Below are positions 37,636 to 47,098 of a stretch of DNA of 64,000 bases, one piece after another (the first letter of the stretch is position 1; every line of letters begins with the position of its first letter). A program made the translations under genes and the position numbers. Under the pieces are notes generated by a model that saw only the letters and a list, made by a program, of their open reading frames with translations, did not search any database and was not told the origin of the DNA. Source of the stretch: an uncultured Treponema sp. (GTDB lineage: Bacteria; Spirochaetota; Spirochaetia; Treponematales; Treponemataceae); NCBI GenBank assembly GCA_946411505.1, contig CAMKEG010000009.1, positions 18,016 to 82,015 of the forward strand. The letters are read 5' to 3'.

Positions 37636-37932
37636 CTAGATTTTTTCTAATTTTTTTGCCTTTACAAAGAAGACTTTTACGCCTTCGTCGGGGAACTGCT
37701 TTTTTACGGCCTTGATTATGGCCTTGACTTTGCTTGCGTCCGATTTTTCGATGTAGGCAAAGAGCGCGAAGTTCACTTCGGGCCAGCTGGAAGTTCCCAG
37801 CTTGTAGCCGGCCTTTCCGCGTCCGTGGACCAGCGGAATCAGCGTGTACAAAAAGTCGGGGATGTTTTCTTCCAGCGTCTCTATGATGTCGTCCTGAACC
37901 GATTGGTTCGCGATGATTTCAACTCGATACAT
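37636..37932 (-). CDS. P-II-like transporter-associated protein (PG0541-like)
   Basis: RVEIIANQSVQDDI..VHGRGK.G.KLG.SSWPEVNF. It is the last gene of the RND operon. Confidence 0.75.
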   Translation of the reverse strand: MYRVEIIANQSVQDDIIETLEENIPDFLYTLIPLVHGRGKAGYKLGTSSWPEVNFALFAYIEKSDASKVKAIIKAVKKQFPDEGVKVFFVKAKKLEKI

Positions 37933-37949
37933 TATGACCTCTCAAAAAT

Positions 37950-38048
37950 TACGGCTGTCCGCGCGAGTTTGGTTGCGAGCGCGGATGTTGCCGCTTATGC
38001 GGCTAACATAAGTTTTTTGGCTTGCCTCCGATTTCATTGCCGCTAGCC
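37950..38048. repeat. REP-like palindromic intergenic repeat, copy B (acrB to P-II-like gene)
   Basis: The core is 49/54 identical to 17406-17459, and the distal 30 nt match 1038-1067. Confidence 0.85.
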
Positions 38049-38049
38049 T

Positions 38050-41000
38050 TCATTCCGTAAGGAATACCTTAATGCGGCTCTTCTTTGTTTTCTTTTCCTT
38101 CATAATCAGCGAGTACAAAACCGGAATGAAGAAAAGCGTGATGAAGGTGGAGCTTGTCAAGCCGCCTACAACCGCCACGCCAATCGGCTGGACCATGCCG
38201 GCGCTTCCGCTTGAGGCGAAGCACATCGGAAGCATTCCCAAAATCGTCGTCAGCGTTGTCATCAAGACCGGGCGCAGGCGGCTAGAGCCGGCTTCAAGGC
38301 AGGCGTCATGCATTTTTAGGCCGCGGTCAAGAAGGAGGTTTGTGTAGTCAACCAAAATGATTCCGTTGTTGACGACGATTCCAACCAGCATGATTAGGCC
38401 CACCGCGCTCATCATCGAAATCGCCTGGCCCGAAATTTTGTAAATCGCGACGACTCCGATTACCAAGAATGGAATCGTGCAAAGGTTTATGAAGGGCGCC
38501 TTGAAGCTTTCGTAAGTTCCGGCCATGACGCCAAAGACCAAAAGGATTGCCATCAAGATGATTCCCGCGTAGGCCTTGCCCTGGTCCTGCATGTCCTTCC
38601 ACGCGCCTTCGTAGGAGACGCTTATGTTGTCGGGAATGATGAAGGAGTCGGAGATTCCCTTTTTGATTCTGTTCTCGACTTCGTAGGCGTTGACTTCGCT
38701 TGTGAGGTTTGCGCTGATTGTCACGACGCGCGTTTGGTTTTCGCGCTTGATTGTGACAGGCCCCAAGCCTTTTACGACGCGCGCGAAGTTGGCCACGCTG
38801 ACTTTTCCCGCGCTTCCCTTTACGTAAATCTGCTCCAAGTCAGTGACGGATTTTCTGTCGCCGCCCTCGTACATCAAGACAACCGAGTATTCTTTTCCGG
38901 CCTTGCGGTAGGTGGTGGCCGTCACGCCGTTAATCGCGTAGTTGATTTCGCGCGCGACGGTCGTGACGTCAACGCCAAAGGAGTAGGCGCGGTCGCGGTC
39001 GATTTCCACTTCGATTTCGGGAACGCCTTCCTCGGTGTCCACGGAAGGCTCGCCCAAGTCGCTTATGCCGTCCATAACGTCGCGGATTTTTCCGGCGTAT
39101 TTTATGGCCGAGTCAAGGTCGTCGCTTCGCAATTTGATTACGATGTCGCTTCCGGTCATTTGTCCGCGGAAGCCTTGGCTGAACGAAAAGCGCGCTCCGG
39201 CAAAGTCGTTGAAGTGGGCGCGAAGTTTTCTTTGTATGTCCTCCGCCTTGTCGATTTGCTCTTCGCTTTTGGGAAGCTGGATTTGAATCGTTCCCCTGTA
39301 GGCGGTGGCGTTGCGCGAGCCGGTTCCGATGCTGGTGATGATTGTCGTGTAGCCCTTGACTTCCTTTTTGCAAATCTCTTCAAGCTCGGCCATGACGGCG
39401 GCGGTTGAGTCGAGCGTAGTTCCTATCGGAAGGTTCACGTTGAGAGAGACGCTGTCGTCGCGGCCGTTTGGCATCATGTTGATTGTCATCGTCGGGATGA
39501 AGGCGAATGCCGTGATGAGCGTTGTCACGCAAACCGTGACTGTTATCGCGCGGTGGGTTAGGGCCGCGTCCAAGGCCTTTTTGTAAACGGCGGTCAAGGC
39601 GTTCATCGGAACGTCAAGCAGCGCGTAAAGCTTTTTTAGGATTTTTGACTTTACGGGCTTTTCCTTTCTGTTTGAAAGCGGAAGGAATTTTCCGGCCAAA
39701 ACCGGCACCAAGAAAATCGCGACAAAGAGCGACGACATCAGCGCGATTACGACGGTGAAAATTATTCCCTTGAACATTTGGCCCATCATTCCCAATTCCT
39801 TCATGTAAAAAAGGAAGGGAATGAAAACGCAAATCGTAGTCAAGTTTCCGCTGGTGACCGACATGACCATTTCGCTAGAGCCAAGTTCCGCCGAAACCAA
39901 AGGCTTTGCGCCGCGCGAACGGTAAACGTAAATGTTTTCTATCATTACGATCGACGCGTCCACAATCATTCCAACGCCAAGAATCAAGCCGGTGAGCGTC
40001 ATCATGTTCAGCGTAAGGCCGGCAAAGTTCATGCAAAGCATTGTGATGATGATTGAAAGCGGAATCGAAATCGCGATGATGATTGTGCTCTTGAAATTTT
40101 TTAGGAAGAGGAACAAAATCAAGACCGCCAAAACCAAGCCCTGCATCGCGCTTTCCAAAAGCGTGTTGATTGTGTCGCGGATTGAGTCGGTGGTGTCCCA
40201 TACGATTTGCATCGACATGTCGCCGGGAAGAATTTCCTGTATCTCGTCAAGCTTTTTGTAAACCGCGTTGGCGACCGTGACGCTGTTCTTTCCCGACTGC
40301 TTTGTGACGCTGATGTAAACGCCGGGCTGGCCGTTAATCAAGACTTCGTTGGACTTGTCGCGGTAGCCAAGGTAGGCTTTTCCGATGTCGGCAAGGCGGA
40401 CGATGTAGCCGTTCCTTGTCGTTATTACGGTGGAATTGATCTGCTCCACGCTGGCAAATTCTCCGGTCGTCCTGATCGTGTAGTCGTAAAAGCCTTCGGT
40501 GATTTTTCCGCCGCCCAATTCCAGGTTTTGGCGCGAAAGCGCGGAAGAGACTTCGGTAATCGTTATGCCGTAGGCGGACAAGCGGTTTTGCGAAAGGTCG
40601 ACGCGGACTATTTTGTCGCGGCCGCCGTAAACGCTCGCTTCGGCAACGCCGTCGGTTTGCTCGATCAAGTCGGTGATTGTGTTGTCCGCGATTTCGCGCA
40701 ATTCGTTGCGGTCGCGGTTTCCGTTGACCGCGATGCGCATGATCGGCATGGAGTTGCTGTCCATCTTAAAGATTGAAGGCGTTCCGGCGTCGTCGGGAAG
40801 GCTTCGGACAACGCGGTCGATTTTGTCGCGCACGTTGTTGGTGGCGATGTCAAGGTCGGTTCCGTAGTTGAACTCAAGCGAAATGCTGGAGCGGCCTTCC
40901 GAAGAAGTGCTGGTGATTTTTTTAAGGCCGGTCACGCTTACTAGCTGCGACTCCAAAAGCTTTGTGACGGATTTTTCGACTGACTCAGGGCCTGCGTTTT

Positions 41001-41154
41001 GGTAGGTCGTGCTGATGTTGAGATAAGGATAGTCTACGTCCGGCATGAGGCTTATCGAAACGTTCTTTAACGTGAAGAGGCCCATGATTCCCAAAAGGAC
41101 AAAGACAATCAGCGTGAGGACGGGATGGCGCAGCGTTGTTTTTGTTATGCTCAT
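38050..41154 (-). CDS. RND efflux transporter permease (AcrB/AcrD/AcrF family)
   Basis: 1034 aa with a 12-TM pattern, GMIVDASIVMIENI, GIVVNNGIILVD and RLRPVLMTTLTT. Confidence 0.96.
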   Translation of the reverse strand: MSITKTTLRHPVLTLIVFVLLGIMGLFTLKNVSISLMPDVDYPYLNISTTYQNAGPESVEKSVTKLLESQLVSVTGLKKITSTSSEGRSSISLEFNYGTDLDIATNNVRDKIDRVVRSLPDDAGTPSIFKMDSNSMPIMRIAVNGNRDRNELREIADNTITDLIEQTDGVAEASVYGGRDKIVRVDLSQNRLSAYGITITEVSSALSRQNLELGGGKITEGFYDYTIRTTGEFASVEQINSTVITTRNGYIVRLADIGKAYLGYRDKSNEVLINGQPGVYISVTKQSGKNSVTVANAVYKKLDEIQEILPGDMSMQIVWDTTDSIRDTINTLLESAMQGLVLAVLILFLFLKNFKSTIIIAISIPLSIIITMLCMNFAGLTLNMMTLTGLILGVGMIVDASIVMIENIYVYRSRGAKPLVSAELGSSEMVMSVTSGNLTTICVFIPFLFYMKELGMMGQMFKGIIFTVVIALMSSLFVAIFLVPVLAGKFLPLSNRKEKPVKSKILKKLYALLDVPMNALTAVYKKALDAALTHRAITVTVCVTTLITAFAFIPTMTINMMPNGRDDSVSLNVNLPIGTTLDSTAAVMAELEEICKKEVKGYTTIITSIGTGSRNATAYRGTIQIQLPKSEEQIDKAEDIQRKLRAHFNDFAGARFSFSQGFRGQMTGSDIVIKLRSDDLDSAIKYAGKIRDVMDGISDLGEPSVDTEEGVPEIEVEIDRDRAYSFGVDVTTVAREINYAINGVTATTYRKAGKEYSVVLMYEGGDRKSVTDLEQIYVKGSAGKVSVANFARVVKGLGPVTIKRENQTRVVTISANLTSEVNAYEVENRIKKGISDSFIIPDNISVSYEGAWKDMQDQGKAYAGIILMAILLVFGVMAGTYESFKAPFINLCTIPFLVIGVVAIYKISGQAISMMSAVGLIMLVGIVVNNGIILVDYTNLLLDRGLKMHDACLEAGSSRLRPVLMTTLTTILGMLPMCFASSGSAGMVQPIGVAVVGGLTSSTFITLFFIPVLYSLIMKEKKTKKSRIKVFLTE

Positions 41155-42143
41155 TTTTTGCCCCGCGCCTCTTTTTCGCCGTACTTTTCGTTAAGCGCGT
41201 CGGCGGCGCCTGTAATGTCCTTGACCTTGGCTCCGTTGCTGAGCGAAGTTTGTCCTTGGATGACAACGCGCTCGCCTTGGCGCAAGCCGCTTACAATTTG
41301 AACGATTCCGTCAACTTCCTCGCCCAAAGAGACTTCGCGCTTTTCGACGGTGGAGTCTCCTTGCATAACGTAGGCAAAGTATTTGTCTTCGTTTGTGACA
41401 AGAGCGCTTTTTGGAACGGTGACCGCTCCCGAATAGTCTTTGGTGTACAAAATTATTTGCGAGAACATTCCCGCGTTTATTTTTGAGTCGCGCTCGTCAA
41501 AGTTCAAGATTATTTGCTTGGTTCTGCTTGCCGCGTCAACGACAGGCGAGACGCGCTTTACTGTGGCCGCGAATTTTTCTTCGGGGTAGGCTTGGACGGA
41601 GACAAGCGCCTTTAGGCCGGGCTTTAAAAACGATACGTAGCGCTCCGGAATGTCGGCCACGATTTGCAAGTTGTTTATGTCGCCGATTCTAGTGATTTCC
41701 GTGTTGGGCGAAACCGTCGTTCCGTTTTTGGCCGGCGTTGAGATTACGCTTCCTGCGATGGGAGCGTAGACCGGGCTTTGCTTGTAGTATTCGCCGGGCT
41801 GGCTGGGGTCAACGTAGGCGATTACGTCTCCGCGCTTTACGGCTGAACCAAGCAGCACCGCGGTGGAAACGATTTTTCCGGAAACATTTGGGTAAACCGA
41901 AACGGAATTTTGCGACTCAATCTCTCCGTTGGCGACGATGTAGCCGTGAAGGGTTTCCGGCTCCACGGCTTTTGTGACGACGCTGAACTCGGTGTTGCCG
42001 GCCGCTCCCCACGCGCCCTTGCCGGGCTTTCCTTTCCCGGGCGCGCCGTTCTTGCTTTTTCCAAAGGTAAAGGCGTAGGCAATCAAGAGCGCGGCGGCCG
42101 TTAAAAATACGATTAAAAACAAGTGGGCTTTTTTTACTTTCAT
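41151..42143 (-). CDS. RND efflux periplasmic adaptor (MFP)
   Basis: N-terminal TM, biotinyl-lipoyl-like GSAVKRGDVI and APIAG, VSPVVDAASRT, and GLRQGERVVI. Confidence 0.92.
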   Translation of the reverse strand: MKVKKAHLFLIVFLTAAALLIAYAFTFGKSKNGAPGKGKPGKGAWGAAGNTEFSVVTKAVEPETLHGYIVANGEIESQNSVSVYPNVSGKIVSTAVLLGSAVKRGDVIAYVDPSQPGEYYKQSPVYAPIAGSVISTPAKNGTTVSPNTEITRIGDINNLQIVADIPERYVSFLKPGLKALVSVQAYPEEKFAATVKRVSPVVDAASRTKQIILNFDERDSKINAGMFSQIILYTKDYSGAVTVPKSALVTNEDKYFAYVMQGDSTVEKREVSLGEEVDGIVQIVSGLRQGERVVIQGQTSLSNGAKVKDITGAADALNEKYGEKEARGKK

Positions 42144-42144
42144 T

Positions 42145-43446
42145 TTAATTTCCTCCAGCCAAGGTTCCAAATGGAACGCCAAGCGTGTTTTCTAGATTCA
42201 ATATTGACGAAGCCAAGTTGTAGGCTTGCTGCTTTAAGTTGAGCCGCGCTTTTTCCAAAGAAGTGCGCGCGTTCAAAAGTTCCGTCCAATTGCGGGAGCC
42301 TCGGTTGTAGGCCTCTTGCGTCATGCGGTAGCTTTGCTCGGCTAGTCCAACGCTTGCCTTGAGCGATTGTATGGCGGAAATCGACTGCTCGATTTTTTTA
42401 AGGCCGCTCTGCGCGCTGACCGCAAGGCTTGTCTTTTTGTCCGCGATTTGCAACTCGTAATTGGCGATTGAGTCCTTGGCAGCGCTTACGGCGTCGGCCT
42501 TTTTTGACCATGGCAAAAATCCGTCAAGCGGAAGCGTGACGCTTAGCGAAAGGCTTCCGTTGTCGTTCATTCCGTTTGAGCTGTTTGTCCATGTGGGCCT
42601 GTAAGACCAGCCCGCGCTGATTGTGGGGCCGTACGCCGAAAAGCGCTTGTCCAAAAGGCTGTTCCGCGCTATTTCAAGATTTTTTTCAAGCGCCAAAAGT
42701 TCCAGAGACTGCGACTCGATTCCTTCTACCGAAACTGCCTGCAAATTGGAGAATGAGTCAAGGCTTCCCTCAAGCGAAATTTGCGCGTCCTGTTCGATTC
42801 CCAAAGTTTGCTTAAAGGCGGCCAAATCCGCGTCGTATGAAATTTGCGCGCTTTGCAAGGCGGGCAATTGCGTTTCGTAGTTGACTTGGCTTGAAAGGAC
42901 GTCAAGCTGGCTTATCGCGCCCTGGCCGTACTTTCTGCGGTTGGTTTCGTAAGTTTGCCGCGCGGTCTCGGCGTTGGTCTTTTGCAAGTTGATGTTGTCG
43001 GCCTGGTAGAGCAAATTGTAAAAGGCGTTCCTCACTTTCATTTCTACGGAACGGCAGGCGGTTTCGTAGTTTATAAGGCCGGCCTGGTATTTTAGCGCGG
43101 CGTTTTTAATGTCGGTGTAAAGGTTTGTCGAAAGGGTCACGTTGACCGAGCCTTGTACGTAGGCAGAATAGTTTTCGCTGAAATTTTTGTTGGCCTTGGA
43201 AAGGCCGCCGCTTGCGGTCAGCGAAGGGCTAGCGCTGTTCCACGAGTTTTTTTTGGAACGCTTGGCCGCGTCCAGTTGGATTTGGCTTTGCTTTATTTGA
43301 ACGTTGTTCTTTAGCGCCAAGTCCACCGCGTCCTGTATTGAAAGCGAAAGCGGCCCGGCGGCGGCCCCGGCGTTTTGCGCGTCTTGGGCTTGCGCCGTTC
43401 CAAACGACAAGGCGGCCGCGACAATCGCGCATAAGACTTTTTTCAT
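42145..43446 (-). CDS. TolC family outer membrane efflux protein
   Basis: Signal peptide MKKVLCAIVAAALSFGTAQA, LSIQDAVDLALKNN, and two OEP repeats (YGQGAISQLDV; YNRGSRNWTEL). Confidence 0.9.
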   Translation of the reverse strand: MKKVLCAIVAAALSFGTAQAQDAQNAGAAAGPLSLSIQDAVDLALKNNVQIKQSQIQLDAAKRSKKNSWNSASPSLTASGGLSKANKNFSENYSAYVQGSVNVTLSTNLYTDIKNAALKYQAGLINYETACRSVEMKVRNAFYNLLYQADNINLQKTNAETARQTYETNRRKYGQGAISQLDVLSSQVNYETQLPALQSAQISYDADLAAFKQTLGIEQDAQISLEGSLDSFSNLQAVSVEGIESQSLELLALEKNLEIARNSLLDKRFSAYGPTISAGWSYRPTWTNSSNGMNDNGSLSLSVTLPLDGFLPWSKKADAVSAAKDSIANYELQIADKKTSLAVSAQSGLKKIEQSISAIQSLKASVGLAEQSYRMTQEAYNRGSRNWTELLNARTSLEKARLNLKQQAYNLASSILNLENTLGVPFGTLAGGN

Positions 43447-43573
43447 CGTATTCTCCTGCGTAGAGCGACAATATCCTATCATATTTTCGCTTGGAATTCT
43501 ATAGTAGCGATGTGTCAAAGATGTGACAAAAAAGGGCGGAATTTTGAAAATTCCTGGGGAAATTTGGGCGAGC

Positions 43574-43669
43574 ATTTTCAAAAAATAGGGTGTTTTTGAA
43601 AATATTAAGGTAAAATTAGGGGAGAATTTTCAAAAAGTGTTGACTTTTTGAAAATAGTAGGGTAAAATT
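43574..43669 (+). promoter_or_regulatory. Fic promoter with duplicated palindromic operator
   Basis: ATTTTCAAAAA-N8-TTTTTGAAAAT occurs at 43574-43603 and 43626-43655 (52-bp period). TTGACT (43640)-N17-TAAAAT (43663) overlaps the second copy. Confidence 0.75.
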
Positions 43670-43700
43670 GGCATGGAATTTTCAGAAAAAGGAGGAAAAA

Positions 43701-44864
43701 ATGGCAAATCAAGAAATGACCCGCTCGGGCGGCCTTGTCCAAAACCTTTCGGGCGAATTGGCCTATTTTTCCTTTAAGCCGTCGCCGCTTCCTCCCGTTC
43801 CGCCCCTGCAAATTGATTCCGCGACCCTTGCGCTTTTGGTGGAAGCCAACAGAAAGGTCGCCTTTTTGGACGCGATTTCAGAAAAGATACCCAACCTCAA
43901 TTTGTTCCTCTCGATGTACATTAGAAAGGAGGCTTTGGTTTCTTCCCAAATCGAAGGAACGCAGTGCACCCTTGACGACGTCCTTGACCCAAGCGTCAGT
44001 CAAAACGCCAACCTTGACGTTGGCGAAGTAATCAACTACATTGCCGCCACCAATTACGCCCTAAAGAGGCTTTCCGATTTGCCCTTGTGCGCTCGGCTTT
44101 TAAAAGAGACGCATGCGATTCTTATAAATGGCGGCCGCGGAAGCGACAAAACGCCAGGAAAATTCAGGACAAGCCAAAACTGGATTGGCGGGCAGGGAAG
44201 CAGCTTAAAGAACGCGCGCTACATTCCGCCGAATGTTGAAGACATGAAAGCCGCTTTGACTGACCTTGAAAAATACATGAACTCAAACGACTCGCTTGAT
44301 CCGCTTGTCCAAGCGGCGCTGATTCATTATCAGTTTGAAACGATTCATCCTTTTTTAGACGGAAACGGAAGAATCGGCAGGCTTTTGATAACGCTATTTT
44401 TGATTCATAAAAAAATAATTTCAAAGCCTGTCTTGTATATTTCATGTTTTCTCAAAATGAACAGAGTCGAGTATTACGACCGGCTGGGCGAAGTTCGCAG
44501 AAACGGAAACTACGAGCAGTGGGCAATCTTTTTTTTGCAGATGATTTTACAAACCGCGAACGACGCGATTGACTCTATAAACGCGCTGGAAGCCTTGCAT
44601 AAAAAAAATATTTCACTGATAGAAGCGCTTCCTGTTCGCGCGCGGGAAAACGCGCTTTTATTGTTTGAATACATCGAGCGAAAGGCGATTGTTGACACAA
44701 GCCTTACCGCCCGCGAGCTTGGCCTTTCTTACAACACAACCGCAAAGAACATCGAGCTTTTGCGCGCCTTGAAAATTCTTTCTCCTTCTTCAAAAAACGG
44801 CAAGGCCAGCCTCTATTCTTACAGCGAGTATTTGGACATCTTGCGCAAGGGCACGGAGTTGTAG
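43701..44864 (+). CDS. Fic family protein (N-terminal DUF4172-like region, C-terminal HTH)
   Basis: HPFLDGNGRIGR Fic motif and EALVSSQIEGT inhibitory-type motif, with SD GGAGG. Confidence 0.93.
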   Translation: MANQEMTRSGGLVQNLSGELAYFSFKPSPLPPVPPLQIDSATLALLVEANRKVAFLDAISEKIPNLNLFLSMYIRKEALVSSQIEGTQCTLDDVLDPSVSQNANLDVGEVINYIAATNYALKRLSDLPLCARLLKETHAILINGGRGSDKTPGKFRTSQNWIGGQGSSLKNARYIPPNVEDMKAALTDLEKYMNSNDSLDPLVQAALIHYQFETIHPFLDGNGRIGRLLITLFLIHKKIISKPVLYISCFLKMNRVEYYDRLGEVRRNGNYEQWAIFFLQMILQTANDAIDSINALEALHKKNISLIEALPVRARENALLLFEYIERKAIVDTSLTARELGLSYNTTAKNIELLRALKILSPSSKNGKASLYSYSEYLDILRKGTEL

Positions 44865-44922
44865 GGTGGAAGTTTGTTTTTGGGTTGAGACTGTGGTAGA
44901 ATAGAGATGTGAAGGACGGTTT

Positions 44923-45453
44923 ATGAATAAAATAACTCTTTCAAAATATAAGAAATTGTATTTTGATCCGAAAAAATGTATCCCCGGTGAACATCATTTT
45001 GTCGCTGTGTATTTGTTGAGTAAATTTCAACGGATTCCTGATTATGTAAATCCTGATGGAACAAAAGGTGTGTGCGGAGATATTGTATTTGAGAATGGCG
45101 GGGGCAAAAAAAGATTTTCCATTGAGGTAAAAATAGGGAAAACATCTTTTTGCTTTTCAAAGAATGAAACAAATTCCTGGTTTGTATATAAAACAGGACA
45201 TTTTCCCAATTATTTGATTGCATTAACACAAAATTATTTGTTTGTTATAAAATGGAAAAAGTTTTCAAATTTTTTCATTAAAGCAAATCCAAAAAGAATA
45301 GAATCTAAGTCTGGAAATAGTAATAGAATTTCTGAAAAAAAATTATTAAGTGAGTTTAAAAATGATTCTTTTGAAATAGATGCGATAAAAGAAAAAGATA
45401 TAAAGGTTTGTTTTGATAAACTCAACAAGGAGATAGAAAAACTCTATGAATGA
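44923..45453 (+). CDS. Hypothetical protein with a PD-(D/E)XK nuclease-like motif
   Basis: GEHHF..PD..GDIVF..FSIEVK. Very AT-rich. Confidence 0.55.
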   Translation: MNKITLSKYKKLYFDPKKCIPGEHHFVAVYLLSKFQRIPDYVNPDGTKGVCGDIVFENGGGKKRFSIEVKIGKTSFCFSKNETNSWFVYKTGHFPNYLIALTQNYLFVIKWKKFSNFFIKANPKRIESKSGNSNRISEKKLLSEFKNDSFEIDAIKEKDIKVCFDKLNKEIEKLYE

Positions 45454-45688
45454 TTTAGGTTCATCTTGGTATTCAAACTCAGAGTCGTATGATGTAGAGG
45501 TTTATGAAATAACCTCTGATATGATTACTGATAAAATTTTGGAAAAATATGACCAGGATTTGTCTCTTTGCAATCTTGGAAGAGAAAATATGACGGAAAT
45601 GTTTTATGATAAAGACGGTTGGATTTATTTCAAGGTAGAAAAGTATTACAGATTCAATTTACGAATAAAGGAATTTGCGAGAAAATAA
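45446..45688 (+). CDS. Hypothetical acidic protein
   Basis: 80-aa ORF overlapping the upstream stop, preceded by SD AGGAG. Confidence 0.55.
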   Translation: MNDLGSSWYSNSESYDVEVYEITSDMITDKILEKYDQDLSLCNLGRENMTEMFYDKDGWIYFKVEKYYRFNLRIKEFARK

Positions 45689-45849
45689 CTTTTACCCATG
45701 GACAACATTCTTCTAAACACTTGGATTGAACTAAAGAAGGGACTCAAGGCGCGGCTTACAAACGCAGGCTAGCGGCTTGGGGAAATCTTAAACTTTTCAA
45801 ACCCTAACAGTATTGACTAATTTCCAAATACATTGTATTTTGTTCTTTA

Positions 45850-45869
45850 ATATTAGCAAATGCTAATAT
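45850..45869. promoter_or_regulatory. Palindromic operator upstream of the HMA gene
   Basis: ATATTAGCA-AA-TGCTAATAT lies just downstream of TTGACT (45813)-N17-TATTTT. Confidence 0.65.
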
Positions 45870-45910
45870 AAGTTGTAATAACCTTCCGTATTTTCTTTTA
45901 GGAGCAGTTT

Positions 45911-46291
45911 ATGGGAAGCTTTGTCGTTGGATTTATTTTGCTTGTGATTGTCGTCCTTGCCGTAAAAAGCTCGGTTCATAGAATTCTCCACGGTTCCGCG
46001 TGCTGCGGAGAGCGTGACGCCCCAGAAAAAAAGATAAAGCCCGCGGATAAAAATAAATCGCATTATCCGTATGAATACATTCTTGTCGTGGACGGAATGC
46101 GCTGCTCAAATTGCGTTCGCCGCGTGGAAAACGTTTTGAACTCCGTGGACGGTTTTTGGGCAAAGGCCAATCTAGAAAAAAAGACTGTCAATGTTTTGTC
46201 AAAGACGCAAGCGGAAGCTTCGTTTTTTGAAAAGCGGATCGGCGAGGCCGGCTACACGGTCTTGTCGGTTTCGCAGGTGGAAAAATCTTGA
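45911..46291 (+). CDS. Heavy-metal-associated (HMA) domain protein with an N-terminal TM/Cys-Cys segment
   Basis: TM followed by SACCG, then VDGMRCSNCV (GMxCxxC). Confidence 0.88.
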   Translation: MGSFVVGFILLVIVVLAVKSSVHRILHGSACCGERDAPEKKIKPADKNKSHYPYEYILVVDGMRCSNCVRRVENVLNSVDGFWAKANLEKKTVNVLSKTQAEASFFEKRIGEAGYTVLSVSQVEKS

Positions 46292-46316
46292 CAATACTAC
46301 GTATGCGTAGTAAAAT
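46288..46316 (+). promoter_or_regulatory. Promoter with an embedded palindrome for the CPBP-PadR-HEAT operon
   Basis: TTGACA-N17-TAAAAT with TACTACG-TATG-CGTAGTA (46295-46312) in the spacer. Confidence 0.75.
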
Positions 46317-46336
46317 GGTCTCGTTTGGAGACCTTT

Positions 46337-47077
46337 ATGAAAAATTTCTTTCGCTTTAATTTTACAAAAAACACCGCCGTCGCCTTTGCGGCCGGAGCGG
46401 CTATGCTTGCCCTTAGCCTTTTGATGCTGCCCTTTATGGGCGCGTCTTTGTTCGACAAAATCGCTTCATTTGTCCTCCGCGACTTGCTTATGATTTTTGG
46501 ACTGGGCGTTGTTTTTGTTTCGCTTTATGTGGAACGGAACAAAGACGGCGTTAAGGCGATTGGCTTTACAGGAAAGAAAACGGCCTTAAGTTTTTTGCTG
46601 GACATTGTTTTTGCCGCGGCTCTTTTGGCGATGTTCTTGAAGGAAGGCCGGCCGCAAGGAATTTGGGAAGCCAAAAATCTTTACGCGGCCGCTTACATTT
46701 TGGTCGCCGGCGTTTTTGAGATGACTTTTATTTACGGCTATTTGCGCGCGTGCTTTGAGAAGGCCTTTGGGATTATTCCCGCGATTATTTTGACGGCGGC
46801 CTTTTATTCTTTCCATCACGCGGGCTTTCAGCCGGAGTTCTTGCATTTGTTTTTTGTGGGCCTTATGTATTGCGCGGTTTATTACATCACGCAAAACCTG
46901 TTGATTGTTTTTCCTTTCTTTTGGGCGGTGGGCGCTTTGTGGGACGTGATTGTGTCTTCGGACGCGGGGGAGGAAATCAAAAATTTTGAGTCGTTCGCCA
47001 TCGCGCTTGCGATTCTGGCTTTGTCCGCGATTTGGATTTTTGTTTTCAAAAAGAGATTATCGGGTCAAGCCCGATAA
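46337..47077 (+). CDS. CPBP family (CAAX/Abi) intramembrane metalloprotease
   Basis: Multi-TM with FEMTFIYGY (EE-like), FYSFHH and later aromatic motifs. Start set at the ATG after GGAG. Confidence 0.75.
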   Translation: MKNFFRFNFTKNTAVAFAAGAAMLALSLLMLPFMGASLFDKIASFVLRDLLMIFGLGVVFVSLYVERNKDGVKAIGFTGKKTALSFLLDIVFAAALLAMFLKEGRPQGIWEAKNLYAAAYILVAGVFEMTFIYGYLRACFEKAFGIIPAIILTAAFYSFHHAGFQPEFLHLFFVGLMYCAVYYITQNLLIVFPFFWAVGALWDVIVSSDAGEEIKNFESFAIALAILALSAIWIFVFKKRLSGQAR

Positions 47078-47098
47078 TGACACATTTGGAGTGATATT

